NCBI GenBank assembly: GCA_963555985.3
Contig: OY820591.1
Span: 512,001 to 576,000, forward strand
DNA from: Dehalococcoidia bacterium
Lineage (GTDB): Bacteria; Chloroflexota; Dehalococcoidia; Bin125
Length of the DNA stretch: 64,000 nucleotides
Direction: 5' to 3'
Part shown: piece after piece, positions 1 through 8,693 of the stretch
Layout: each line of letters begins with the position of its first letter
Position numbering within the stretch: the first letter of the stretch is position 1
Made by a program: the position numbers and the translations under genes
The notes under the pieces: generated by a model
The model's input: only the letters and a program-made list of their open reading frames with translations
Database searches by the model: none
What the model was told of the DNA's origin: nothing

Positions 1-1583
1 CCGTACATCCAGTTCTGCAAGCCCTCGAAGGTCGGACGCAGCACCGGGTCGGGATCGAACGGCGACTCCCACGAGAGCGTCGCGATCGTCCAGTCCTGGG
101 TCGCCAGCACGCGCGGGATGATCTCCGCCTCCGTGCCCTTGATGTACTCCATCTCCATGCCGACGTTGCGCATCTGCGAGTTGACCGGTTCGGTCACCAC
201 CGTCTGGAACTCGGCGATGTAGCTCAGGTGGATGCCCTCGATGCCGTCGCCGTAGCCGGCGGCGTCCATCAATTCATGGGCCATCTGCGGGTCGTGACCG
301 GGGTAGTAGTTCTTGTCCTTGGGCAGCGCCCAGCTTTCGACCGAGACCGGCGCGCGCGAGGGCGCGCCCAGACCTTCCCAGGCGACCTCGTTGATCGCCT
401 GTCGATCCAGCGCGTGGTTGTAAGCATGGCGCAGACGCGGATCGCGGAAGGCGTTGTAGGGCAGATCACCGGTGGGCGCATTCGGGTTCAGGTTGAACCA
501 GGTCTGCGTCCAGGTCTGGGCCGTGCCGCGGATCACTTTGCGCCCGTCCGCTTCGAGATCGGCCTGGAGATCCGCGTTGACGCCGCCGGTTGGCGCGTCG
601 ATGTCGATGTCGCCGTTGAGGAAGGCGTTCCAGGCCGTGTTCTGGTCCGGGATGATGTTCTGCACGAACCCGTCCAGGTGGACATTGTCGTTGTCCCAGT
701 AGCCGTCCCAGCGCTCGCCGACCCAGCGCTCGCCGGGCTCGTGCACGACGTGCTTGAGGTGGCCCGCCCCGACCGGATTCGTCACAGCCGTGTCGAAGTG
801 CTCCGGCGAGATCAGCAGCCCGGTACCGGGGAACTGCTGGAAGAAGGCCAGCGTCGGACCGAACGGCTCCGCGTTGACCAGCTTCCAGGTCGCGTCGTCG
901 GTTGCCTCGAAACCGGCTGCGTACTGGATGCCGCCGCGGTTGCGGGTGCCGCCCGCGAGGTCTTTCACGTCGCGGATGCGCTCCATGTTGAGCTGCACCG
1001 CGTTCGCGTCGACCGGCGCGCCGTCCTGGAAGATCGCACCCTCGCGCATCGTGAAGAGATAGGTGACATCGTCCGGAATCTCGATCGCCGAGGCCAGCAT
1101 CGGGATCACCCGCGCCTGATCGTCGAACCCCAGCAGACGGTCGTAGATATGCACCCAGTAGCCGAGCGCGTCGCCGCCCGTGATCCCGATGTGCGGGTCG
1201 AAGCCGCCCTGCGGGTCCTCGAACCAGCTGTGCTGGAGCGTGCCGCCGCGACGCGGACCGCCGCTCGCCTGAGCCGCCTGTTGCTGTTGCGCCTGCTGTT
1301 CCGCCTGCGCGACCGCAGCCTGCTGCTGCTCCTGCTGCTCCTGCTGCATCGCCTGTTGTTCGGCCTGCTGCTCCGCCTGCTCCTGCTGCATCGCCTGCTG
1401 TTGCTGCGCTTGCTGCTGCTGAGCCTGCGCCGCCGCCGGCTGATCGTCGTCGTCATCGTCGCCGCCGCAGCCGACCAACGCCAAACCCGCCGCGCCGACC
1501 CCGGCCCGCGCCGACGCCTTCAGCAGCGAGCGCCGGCTCATCGACCGACGCCGCATCCGCTGCCAATAGTTCCGCTCGCTCAT
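1..1583 (-). CDS. ABC transporter solute-binding lipoprotein (family 5, peptide/nickel type) with Tat signal; 3' end runs off the window
   Basis: Read manually on the minus strand from ATG at 1583: MSERNYWQRMRRRSMSRRSLLKASARAGVGAAGLALVGC (SRRxLLK Tat motif plus lipobox), a D/Q/A-rich linker, then RRGGTL...FDPH...IYDRL...PMLA...FTMREGAIFQDG...PVGAG...DPRLRHAYNHALDRQAI. Absent from the ORF track because it has no stop inside the window. Confidence 0.9.
   Translation of the reverse strand, partial: MSERNYWQRMRRRSMSRRSLLKASARAGVGAAGLALVGCGGDDDDDDQPAAAQAQQQQAQQQQAMQQEQAEQQAEQQAMQQEQQEQQQAAVAQAEQQAQQQQAAQASGGPRRGGTLQHSWFEDPQGGFDPHIGITGGDALGYWVHIYDRLLGFDDQARVIPMLASAIEIPDDVTYLFTMREGAIFQDGAPVDANAVQLNMERIRDVKDLAGGTRNRGGIQYAAGFEATDDATWKLVNAEPFGPTLAFFQQFPGTGLLISPEHFDTAVTNPVGAGHLKHVVHEPGERWVGERWDGYWDNDNVHLDGFVQNIIPDQNTAWNAFLNGDIDIDAPTGGVNADLQADLEADGRKVIRGTAQTWTQTWFNLNPNAPTGDLPYNAFRDPRLRHAYNHALDRQAINEVAWEGLGAPSRAPVSVESWALPKDKNYYPGHDPQMAHELMDAAGYGDGIEGIHLSYIAEFQTVVTEPVNSQMRNVGMEMEYIKGTEAEIIPRVLATQDWTIATLSWESPFDPDPVLRPTFEGLQNWMY
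1270..1460 (-). repeat. Low-complexity CAG/GAG-rich coding repeat (Q/E/A linker of the solute-binding protein)
   Basis: Repeated tgctgc/ctcctg units encoding DDDDDQPAAAQAQQQQAQQQQAMQQEQAEQQAEQQAMQQEQQEQQQAA. Confidence 0.8.
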
Positions 1584-1692
1584 CAAGTACTCGCTCTCTA
1601 CGCCGGCCAGAGACAGCCGGCAGCCCGTTCGGGGCAGTATCGCCAGTCAGGATCGGGCTTGCAACTCTGGTGAGCGGGCGTTGCGCGGATCT

Positions 1693-1717
1693 CCCGTCCC
1701 CGACTTGATCGGGGATC
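1693..1717. repeat. CGTC-tagged REP-like hairpin (family C), left of higBA
   Basis: cccgtccccgacttgatcggggatc; near-identical direct copy at 2404-2428. Confidence 0.7.
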
Positions 1718-1729
1718 TGCTCCCAGTAC

Positions 1730-1748
1730 TAACGCAATGCGTTACCAT
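1730..1748 (+). promoter_or_regulatory. Palindromic operator TAACGC-AAT-GCGTTA overlapping a -10-like TACCAT upstream of higB
   Basis: Perfect 6-bp inverted repeat at 1730-1744; TACCAT at 1743-1748, 8 nt before the GTG start. Fits toxin-antitoxin autoregulation. Confidence 0.6.
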
Positions 1749-1756
1749 CGACTCCA

Positions 1757-2035
1757 GTGAAGCGATTCCGAAACCGCGACACCCAACAGCTCTTCGAAGG
1801 GATTCACGCCCGCCGACTGCCGCCCGACATCCAGCGCCGCGCCAGGATGCGACTACAGAGGGTGGTTGCAGCCGCAGCGCTCCGCGATCTCCGAGTGCCG
1901 CCCTCGCATCGCCTCGAAGCGCTGAGCGGCGATCGCGCCGGCCAGCACAGCATCCGCATCAACGACCAGTGGCGCGTCTGCTTTACCTGGACCAACGAGG
2001 GCGCAATGGAAATCGAAGTCGTCGACTACCACTGA
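1757..2035 (+). CDS. higB: HigB (RelE/ParE superfamily) toxin
   Basis: 92 aa; LRVPPSHRLEALSGDRAGQHSIRINDQWRVCFTW...IEVVDYH signature; toxin-first gene order. Confidence 0.93.
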   Translation: MKRFRNRDTQQLFEGIHARRLPPDIQRRARMRLQRVVAAAALRDLRVPPSHRLEALSGDRAGQHSIRINDQWRVCFTWTNEGAMEIEVVDYH

Positions 2036-2045
2036 GGACAGAGCC

Positions 2046-2336
2046 ATGACCACCCCGGAAGCGATCCATCCCGGAGAACATCTCGCCGAGTTCCTGGCAG
2101 AGCTGGGCATCACCCAGTACCGGCTCGCCAAGACCATCGGCGTCCCTCAGGTCCGGATCAGCGATATCGTCCACTGCCGCCGCGCCGTCACCGCTGACAC
2201 AGCTCTGCGTCTTGGCCGCGCGCTCGATATGACGCCCGAATTCTGGCTCAACCTTCAGCGCATGTACGATCTCGACATCGCCCGCGCCACGACCGATCTC
2301 GACCACATCGTCCCCCTCGTCGCAAAGTCAGCCTGA
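2046..2336 (+). CDS. higA: HigA antitoxin (XRE HTH)
   Basis: IHPGEHL...GITQYRLAKTIGVPQVRISDIV...TADTALRL...PEFWLNLQRMYDL. Confidence 0.93.
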   Translation: MTTPEAIHPGEHLAEFLAELGITQYRLAKTIGVPQVRISDIVHCRRAVTADTALRLGRALDMTPEFWLNLQRMYDLDIARATTDLDHIVPLVAKSA

Positions 2337-2360
2337 AACAACCCAGACCAGTATTCCCCG

Positions 2361-2428
2361 CTCCCCCCTCCGCGGGGGAGACGCCGCAGGCAGAGGGGGG
2401 TTCCCCGTCCCCGACTAGATCGGGGACC
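2361..2428. repeat. REP-like hairpins (family A reverse copy plus family C copy)
   Basis: ctcccccctccgcgggggag...gcagagggggg followed by cccgtccccgactagatcggggacc. Confidence 0.65.
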
Positions 2429-2513
2429 CACACAACTACGCGCCTGGGTGATACTCTCATTCCACGATTGCTGTCCTAGAAGTGCCGCGGCAGGCACAGG
2501 TGGAGGTGTCAAA

Positions 2514-3524
2514 ATGAGTGCGACAGGATGCGTGATCTGGGGCACGGTCTGCGAGAGTAGCCGACTCGGAGACTCACACCACCTATCGGTGGTTGGATCG
2601 ATCCGTGCCGGAGGAGACTACAAGATTAGCTTGGAAGCCAAAGACTCCGTGCGGTATATCGATGATAAGGCTAAAGCACGTCTGACGACTTGGCTTGTCA
2701 ACCAGCGCAATGCTGGAGTTCACATGCCGCTCATAACGAGTGACATTGTCGAGTCCGTTACGAATTCGCAAGCACTTCTGGTTAGCGACCGTGCTAAGCG
2801 ACTACTTGCCTACTTCGTGCGAGGGACTCAAAGCATCGGGCAACCAATAGATATAGATCTACCGCCGCAGAACGTCTCAGGACTGTCATTGGAGATGATA
2901 CCTAGAGCGAGTAGGCACTTGCATGAGTGCTTGGCATGGACAGAATCGACCATAGCGCAAGAAGTGAAGGCGCTTCTAGGTTTCTTGGAGAAAAGAGGAT
3001 GGTTGAGCCAGGAACACCATCAATACAATAGTCCAGTTTTCGTGACGGTGACCGTCGAAGGCTTCCAACAACATGAGTCCGACCTGATCGATCGTGATTC
3101 CCGTCAAGCGTTCGTAGCGATGTGGTTCAACGACGCGATGAAGGAAGCCTATCTCGAGGGGATCGCACTGGCGATCGAGGAAGCTGGATATAGCGCCATC
3201 CGCGTCGACCAAGAGGAGTACATCGACAAAGTCGACGACAAGATCATTGCAGAGATTCGGCGTTCTCGATTCCTCGTCGCCGACTTCTCCCAAGGCGAGG
3301 ACGGTGCGCGTGGTGGCGTCTATTTCGAAGCTGGATTCGCCCTTGGACTGGGCATTCCGGTGATCTTCACATGCCGCAGTTCGGACATGGATGACGTCCA
3401 CTTCGACACGCGCCAGTACAACCACATCGTCTGGAATTCGTCCGAAGAACTGCGAGAAGCACTGAAGAACCGAATCCTTGCAGTCATCGGCGAAGGCCCA
3501 AACATCTCGCCAACCACTACCTGA
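2514..3524 (+). CDS. Putative defence protein with C-terminal nucleoside 2-deoxyribosyltransferase/TIR-like domain
   Basis: C-terminus QAFVAMWF...AIRVD...DDKIIAEIRRSRFLVADFS...GGVYFEAGFALGLGIPVIF...HFDTRQYNHIVW; SD ggaggtg before ATG 2514; N-terminal part visibly AT-richer than its neighbours. Confidence 0.7.
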   Translation: MSATGCVIWGTVCESSRLGDSHHLSVVGSIRAGGDYKISLEAKDSVRYIDDKAKARLTTWLVNQRNAGVHMPLITSDIVESVTNSQALLVSDRAKRLLAYFVRGTQSIGQPIDIDLPPQNVSGLSLEMIPRASRHLHECLAWTESTIAQEVKALLGFLEKRGWLSQEHHQYNSPVFVTVTVEGFQQHESDLIDRDSRQAFVAMWFNDAMKEAYLEGIALAIEEAGYSAIRVDQEEYIDKVDDKIIAEIRRSRFLVADFSQGEDGARGGVYFEAGFALGLGIPVIFTCRSSDMDDVHFDTRQYNHIVWNSSEELREALKNRILAVIGEGPNISPTTT

Positions 3525-3593
3525 GCCCCCAGCCTTTCCCTACACCCTGATACCATCCCGCTAACCGGCGCAGCGGTAGAGGAGGCCGAGCGC

Positions 3594-4265
3594 GTGACCG
3601 CTACTCCCCCCTTCGAGGGCATCTACGACCTGCCCGAGGCCGCCCGCTATCTCAAGGCCTCCGCTTCCGGCTCCGTCGTCTATCCGGTCAGCTCGGCCAA
3701 GATGATCGGCTGGATCCGTCGCGGCGTCGCCTCGCCCGATCTGGTCGATGTCTCGGGTCGCGAGTTGCTGATCGGCTTTGAGGACCTGGTCTCGATGCGC
3801 GTGATCGCCGCCCTGCGCGCTTCCGGCGTCACCTGGCCAGCTATACAGGAAGCCGAACGCTGGCTGCGTCGAGAGACGCAGTCCCAGCGCCCCTTCGCCA
3901 CCGAGACGCTCTGGACCGGTCAGCGCCAGATCTTCGTCGAGTGGCGCAAGCAGCTCATCGCTGCCAGTTCCGCCGGCCAACTCGCCTTCGAGCTGCTGAT
4001 GGACTACCTGCTGCCGGTCAACGATCTCGCGTTCAGCGAAGAGACCCGCATGGCCACGTCGTGGGAACCGAGCAACGGCGTCGTGCTGGAGCCCGCGGTT
4101 CAGTTCGGGGCGCCGTGCATCAAGGGGACGAGGGTTCCGACGCGCACGGTCGCCGGGATGATCGAAGCCGGCGACTCGCCGGAGTACGTGGCGCGAGCCT
4201 ACGAGCAGCCCATCGAAGCCATTGAGGAAGCTTGTGAGTGGGAACGACGCCTCCGAGCTGCCTAA
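3594..4265 (+). CDS. DUF433-domain putative antitoxin with N-terminal HTH
   Basis: C-terminal VVLEPAVQFGAPCIKGTRVPT...AGDSPEYVARAY...IEEA; N-terminal IYDLPEAARYL. Confidence 0.85.
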   Translation: MTATPPFEGIYDLPEAARYLKASASGSVVYPVSSAKMIGWIRRGVASPDLVDVSGRELLIGFEDLVSMRVIAALRASGVTWPAIQEAERWLRRETQSQRPFATETLWTGQRQIFVEWRKQLIAASSAGQLAFELLMDYLLPVNDLAFSEETRMATSWEPSNGVVLEPAVQFGAPCIKGTRVPTRTVAGMIEAGDSPEYVARAYEQPIEAIEEACEWERRLRAA

Positions 4266-4674
4266 TCCTCAGTTCCTGCTCGACGAATCACTGGACCCCA
4301 ACGTGGCGAAGGCCCTGGCGTTGGTCGGCCATGACATCGTGGACGTGAAGACCGCAATCGATCCGGCCGGGGAGAAGCATCGGATTCTCGACCCCGAGAT
4401 CATCGAGTGGTGTCGCGTGCATGGATCCGTCTGGATACACGCCGACGATCGCGCCCGACGAGAGCACAGAAAACAGTTGCAGACCAGCGGTATCAGGACG
4501 TTGTGGGTTCGCCGACCAGGCGGTCGCATGACCGGCCGCGAGCAGCTACGCATTCTTGCGTTTGTCATCCCCAAGCTGCTCGACAACTACGAGCAGCAGC
4601 CGCGTCGGCGGCACTACCAGACATCGGCAGCCAATCCGCGCTCCACACCGTCCCTCAGACCGGTGGATATATAG
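4234..4674 (+). CDS. PIN-like (VapC45/DUF5615-type) putative toxin
   Basis: FLLDESL...ILDPEIIEW...VWIHADDR; overlaps the end of the DUF433 gene. Confidence 0.75.
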   Translation: MSGNDASELPNPQFLLDESLDPNVAKALALVGHDIVDVKTAIDPAGEKHRILDPEIIEWCRVHGSVWIHADDRARREHRKQLQTSGIRTLWVRRPGGRMTGREQLRILAFVIPKLLDNYEQQPRRRHYQTSAANPRSTPSLRPVDI

Positions 4675-4795
4675 TTCGATCGCACGACCATCCTCAACGA
4701 AGCCGACATTGACCGAATCGTCCTCAGATCACAAGCCCCGCCTCGAGCGGATCTTGCGCGACCACGTATCCTTACCCTGCCAACGGAGACCGCCC

Positions 4796-6529
4796 ATGAC
4801 CACCTGGACCAACCAACTCTACTTCGGCGACAACCTCAACGTCCTCCGCGAGCACATCCCCTCGGAGTCGGTCGACCTGATTTATCTCGACCCGCCGTTC
4901 AACTCCAACGCGACCTACAACGTGCTGTTCAAGGAGCGGTCGGGTGAGGATTCGGCGGCTCAGATTACGGCGTTCGACGACACCTGGCACTGGACCAGCG
5001 CATCCGAACTCGCCTTTCGGGAGGTGCTCGTCGACGGCCCCGACCAGTTGGGCAAGCTGCTCAAGGCGATGCGCGAGTTCCTCGGCCAGAACGACATGAT
5101 GGCCTATCTGACGATGATGGCGCAGCGGTTGGCGGAACTGCACCGGGTGCTCAAGCCGACGGGGAGCATCTATCTGCACTGCGACCCGACGGCGAGCCAT
5201 TATCTGAAGATGCTGATGGATGCTGTGTTCGGCCCGGAGAACTTCAAAACAGAAGTCGCTTGGAAACGAACGAGTGCTCATAGCGATACAAAGCAAGGCA
5301 GGCAACAGCACGGACGTATTCACGACCTATTGCTCTACTATGCCAAATCTGCTGAATGGACCTGGAATCCCATCTATACGGACTACGACCGAGAGTACGT
5401 TGAATCTGCCTACAGGCATGTCGAAGAGGGGATTGAGCGTCGATACCGGCAAGGAGACCTCACGGCCGCGAAGCCGGGTGGCGACACCTTGTATGAGTGG
5501 CGTGTCAAGCGACCGAAGGGTGGCGGTTGGACTGCGGATCTCGATGACGAATGGCAGAATCCGCTCGACGGATTCGAGTACAAAGGAGTGCCACCGTACT
5601 CGGGTCGGTACTGGGCGTACACCAGGGAGAACATGGTTCAATATGCGAAAGAAGGGAGACTCGTTTACTCTAGCACAGGGATGCCGAATTACAAACGTTA
5701 CCTGGATGAAATGCCAGGAGTTCCTTTGCAAGATTTCTGGTCAGACATAGGCCCTGTCGGATCCCGCGCCAAAGAGCGACTCGGCTACCCGACGCAGAAG
5801 CCCGAAGCGCTGCTTGAGCGCATCATCAACGCCAGTAGCAACGAGGGTGATGTGGTGCTCGATCCGTTCTGCGGTTGCGGTACCGCCGTCGCTGTAGCCG
5901 AGCGACTCAAGCGTCGTTGGATCGGGATCGATGTGACTCATATCGCGATCTCGCTGATGAAGCATCGGCTGCATGACACGTTCGGTACGGAACTGTCCGA
6001 CTACGCGGTTATCGGCCTGCCCGAGGATGTGGCCAGCGCCCGCGCGCTGGCGACCGAGAGCGAGCACGACGGGCGTTACCAGTTCGAGTACTGGGCGCTG
6101 GGGTTGGTCGATGCGCGTCCGGCGACGGGCAAGAAGGGCGCGGATTCCGGCGTGGACGGCTACATCAACTTCTTCGACGACCAAACGGACGAGGTCAGGC
6201 GGATCATCGTCCAGGTCAAGAGCGGCAAGGTGAATCGCGGCATGATCGCGACGCTGAAGGGCGACATGGAGCGCGAAGGGGCGGCGATCGGCATTTTCAT
6301 CACGCTCCAACCGCCGACCGAACCGATGAAGCAAGAAGCGCTTGGCGCGGGTTTCTACGAATCTGAGAGTCTGGCCGCCAATCAGTATCACAAGGTGCAA
6401 ATTCTGACGATTGAAGAGTTGCTGGAGGGCGCGCAGCCGGAGTACCCGCGCTTCCGCGGTCCGCAGACGTTCAGGCGCGCGCCGCGCCGAAGACGCCGCG
6501 AAGGTGTCCAACAAACCCTCGACACCTGA
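4796..6529 (+). CDS. Amino-group DNA methyltransferase (beta class) fused to an Mrr-like PD-(D/E)xK domain
   Basis: LIYLDPPFNS (motif IV), GSIYLHCD, YPTQKPEALLERII, VLDPFCGCGT (motif I), C-terminal DSGVDG...IIVQVKSG; ATG 4796 follows ggag. Confidence 0.9.
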   Translation: MTTWTNQLYFGDNLNVLREHIPSESVDLIYLDPPFNSNATYNVLFKERSGEDSAAQITAFDDTWHWTSASELAFREVLVDGPDQLGKLLKAMREFLGQNDMMAYLTMMAQRLAELHRVLKPTGSIYLHCDPTASHYLKMLMDAVFGPENFKTEVAWKRTSAHSDTKQGRQQHGRIHDLLLYYAKSAEWTWNPIYTDYDREYVESAYRHVEEGIERRYRQGDLTAAKPGGDTLYEWRVKRPKGGGWTADLDDEWQNPLDGFEYKGVPPYSGRYWAYTRENMVQYAKEGRLVYSSTGMPNYKRYLDEMPGVPLQDFWSDIGPVGSRAKERLGYPTQKPEALLERIINASSNEGDVVLDPFCGCGTAVAVAERLKRRWIGIDVTHIAISLMKHRLHDTFGTELSDYAVIGLPEDVASARALATESEHDGRYQFEYWALGLVDARPATGKKGADSGVDGYINFFDDQTDEVRRIIVQVKSGKVNRGMIATLKGDMEREGAAIGIFITLQPPTEPMKQEALGAGFYESESLAANQYHKVQILTIEELLEGAQPEYPRFRGPQTFRRAPRRRRREGVQQTLDT

Positions 6530-6822
6530 ACCCACTCCCGGCTACAGTGAACCCAGAACAGGGGAGCAATGAACCCCGTGCCCCCTCGTACAGAACCGAA
6601 CGGAGCCGAACAAACCTGTACGCTCCGGACGCCGTTTTTTCTCACAGCGCCCAAAAGAAAAAAATCGCCCCGAACCCCAACGCCGATCACGAAACCCAGC
6701 AAAATACGGGGAATTCGCAAATCCACACGACATAACACCCTAGAGAAACCTGAACAAACCTAACCAAAACCTGAACATCCCATCCAACTCCCGCCGCGCG
6801 GACGCGGGTATGATCAGCGCCC

Positions 6823-7182
6823 ATGACCACGCACACCGACTACCAGATCGAGACCGCCGCCGAGTTTCTGATCAGGGCGCGCGTCTACCTGGCCGACGAC
6901 GACCGCTTGCAGGCGTCGGAGAAGGGCTGGAGAGCGGCGGCGCAGGCGGTCAAGGCGGTCGCGGAGGCGCGCGGCTGGGATCACAACGGTCATCGCCTGC
7001 TGCACCAGACGATCCGCCGTCTCGTCGAGGAGACCGGCCAAAGCGAGTTGCACGACCGCTTCAATGCGGCGAATACGCTCCACGCCAACTTCTACGACGG
7101 CTTTCTCGAAGCGGAAGACATCAGCGAAAATCTCGAACGTGTCGAGCGCCTCGTGGCACAGCTACGCCCGCTCGCATCCTGA
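6823..7182 (+). CDS. PaREP1-family (HEPN-like) protein
   Basis: QASEKGWRAAAQAVKAVA...HNGH...ANTLHANFY. Confidence 0.8.
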   Translation: MTTHTDYQIETAAEFLIRARVYLADDDRLQASEKGWRAAAQAVKAVAEARGWDHNGHRLLHQTIRRLVEETGQSELHDRFNAANTLHANFYDGFLEAEDISENLERVERLVAQLRPLAS

Positions 7183-7188
7183 GTCCCA

Positions 7189-8685
7189 TCAGCCCCGATA
7201 GGCCCGGTTCAGCGCCTGCCTCATCTGCAACGTCTGCGAGGCGGCGACGGCGTTCGACTTGCGGTACTCGTCCCAGCGCGCGCGCTCGCGGCGGGTCAGT
7301 TCGGGCCTCACCGAAGTCGGCACTCTGAGGCCGAGCAGCATCGAGGCGTAGCCGCTGTAGCCGAAGATGGTCGCGTTCGAGCTCAGCCGCGCCAGCAGCC
7401 TCGAGGGGCCGACCTCGGCGTAGCAATCGACCATCTCCTGAATCTGGCCCAGCGGCGACTCCGCGCGGCAGTGACGCCAGAAGGGCGTGTCTTGGTGCTC
7501 GTTGAACTTGTAGTGCAGCGCCAGAAAGTCGCGCACGTCGTCCCAGCTTGAGGCGAAGCGCTCGTTGAGCAGATAGCGCAGCGAGCCGCTGAGGATGCGG
7601 TCGGAGTCGGTCAGCGCCCAGGCCAGGTTGTAGAGCTGCTCGATGATCAGATGCAGCGAAGTCGCCTCCAGCGGCTCGACGAAGCCCGAAGCGTTGCCGA
7701 CCGCGACCACGTTCTCGACGATGTAGCGCTCGCGCCGCCCGCTGGGGAACTTGAGCAGGCGCAGCTCCGCGCCGGCAAGCTGGGGCTGGAGCGCGCGCAG
7801 CTCGAACTCCGCTTCCTCCTCCGAGCAGAACTGCGACGAATACACGTAGCCGCGCGTGACCACATCCTCAAAGTCAATCCGCCAGCACCAGCCGTGCTGC
7901 ATCGTCGTCATCGTCGTGTAGGGGCGAATCGTGTCGTCCTCGGGGAAGTCGGCGCGCGACCAGGAGCCGACCACGGCGCGGTCGCAGTAGAGCGCGTCGC
8001 GGTAGGAGCGGTACGGCTCCTCCAGCGTCTTGCCCAGCAGCAGCGAGCCGAAGCCCGAGCAGTCGACGAACAGGTCCGCCCCCAGTTCGCGCCCGCCGGC
8101 GAGCTTGAGCGACTTCACGCCGCCCGACTCGTTGCGCTCGACGCTGACTACCTGGTCGGCGATCAACTCTGCGCCCGAGGCGACCGACTTGCGCTCCAGG
8201 TAGTCGATGAAGGAGGCGTTGGGGATGTGGTAGGTCGCGCGCGGGTCGAGCGAGAGCCGGCCGTTGCGGAACGTCGCGGGCGAGCGGTCGCGGTCCATGA
8301 TCGCGTTGAACGCGCTCGCGTCGCGCATGTCGTGCAGGCAGTAGAAGGCGTTCCACTTGGGGAGTCCCTCGATCCGCTGGTCGAGGTACTTGTCGAAGGT
8401 GTAGTTGAAGTGGGGCACATCTCTCGCGCCCCACTCAAAGCGCAGGCCCAGCTTCCAGCTTGGGCGGACCTCCTTGTGGAACTCGTTGCGGTCGATGCCG
8501 AGGTGCTCGTGCAGATGGACAGGCACGGCCGGCGTGGTCGATTCGCCGACACCGATGATCGGGATATCGGGCGAGTGAACGACGGTCAGCTTGATCTGCG
8601 GGAGCATCCGCCGAAAGGTCAGGGCAGCGAGGAACCCGGCGCTGCCGCCGCCGACGACTACTGCGCTGCGAATCGGCTCAGGCAT
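7189..8685 (-). CDS. Flavin-dependent halogenase (tryptophan halogenase family)
   Basis: VVGGGSAG, IGVGEST, WKLGLRF (catalytic Lys), FVDCSG, GWCWRI (WxWxI motif), GFVEPLEAT. Confidence 0.92.
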   Translation of the reverse strand: MPEPIRSAVVVGGGSAGFLAALTFRRMLPQIKLTVVHSPDIPIIGVGESTTPAVPVHLHEHLGIDRNEFHKEVRPSWKLGLRFEWGARDVPHFNYTFDKYLDQRIEGLPKWNAFYCLHDMRDASAFNAIMDRDRSPATFRNGRLSLDPRATYHIPNASFIDYLERKSVASGAELIADQVVSVERNESGGVKSLKLAGGRELGADLFVDCSGFGSLLLGKTLEEPYRSYRDALYCDRAVVGSWSRADFPEDDTIRPYTTMTTMQHGWCWRIDFEDVVTRGYVYSSQFCSEEEAEFELRALQPQLAGAELRLLKFPSGRRERYIVENVVAVGNASGFVEPLEATSLHLIIEQLYNLAWALTDSDRILSGSLRYLLNERFASSWDDVRDFLALHYKFNEHQDTPFWRHCRAESPLGQIQEMVDCYAEVGPSRLLARLSSNATIFGYSGYASMLLGLRVPTSVRPELTRRERARWDEYRKSNAVAASQTLQMRQALNRAYRG

Positions 8686-8693
8686 CTGAGGTC

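Noticed and set aside
228-1673. 481-aa + strand ORF with poly-Leu/Arg
   Set aside because: Antisense shadow of the solute-binding protein gene; the Leu runs mirror its CAG repeats.
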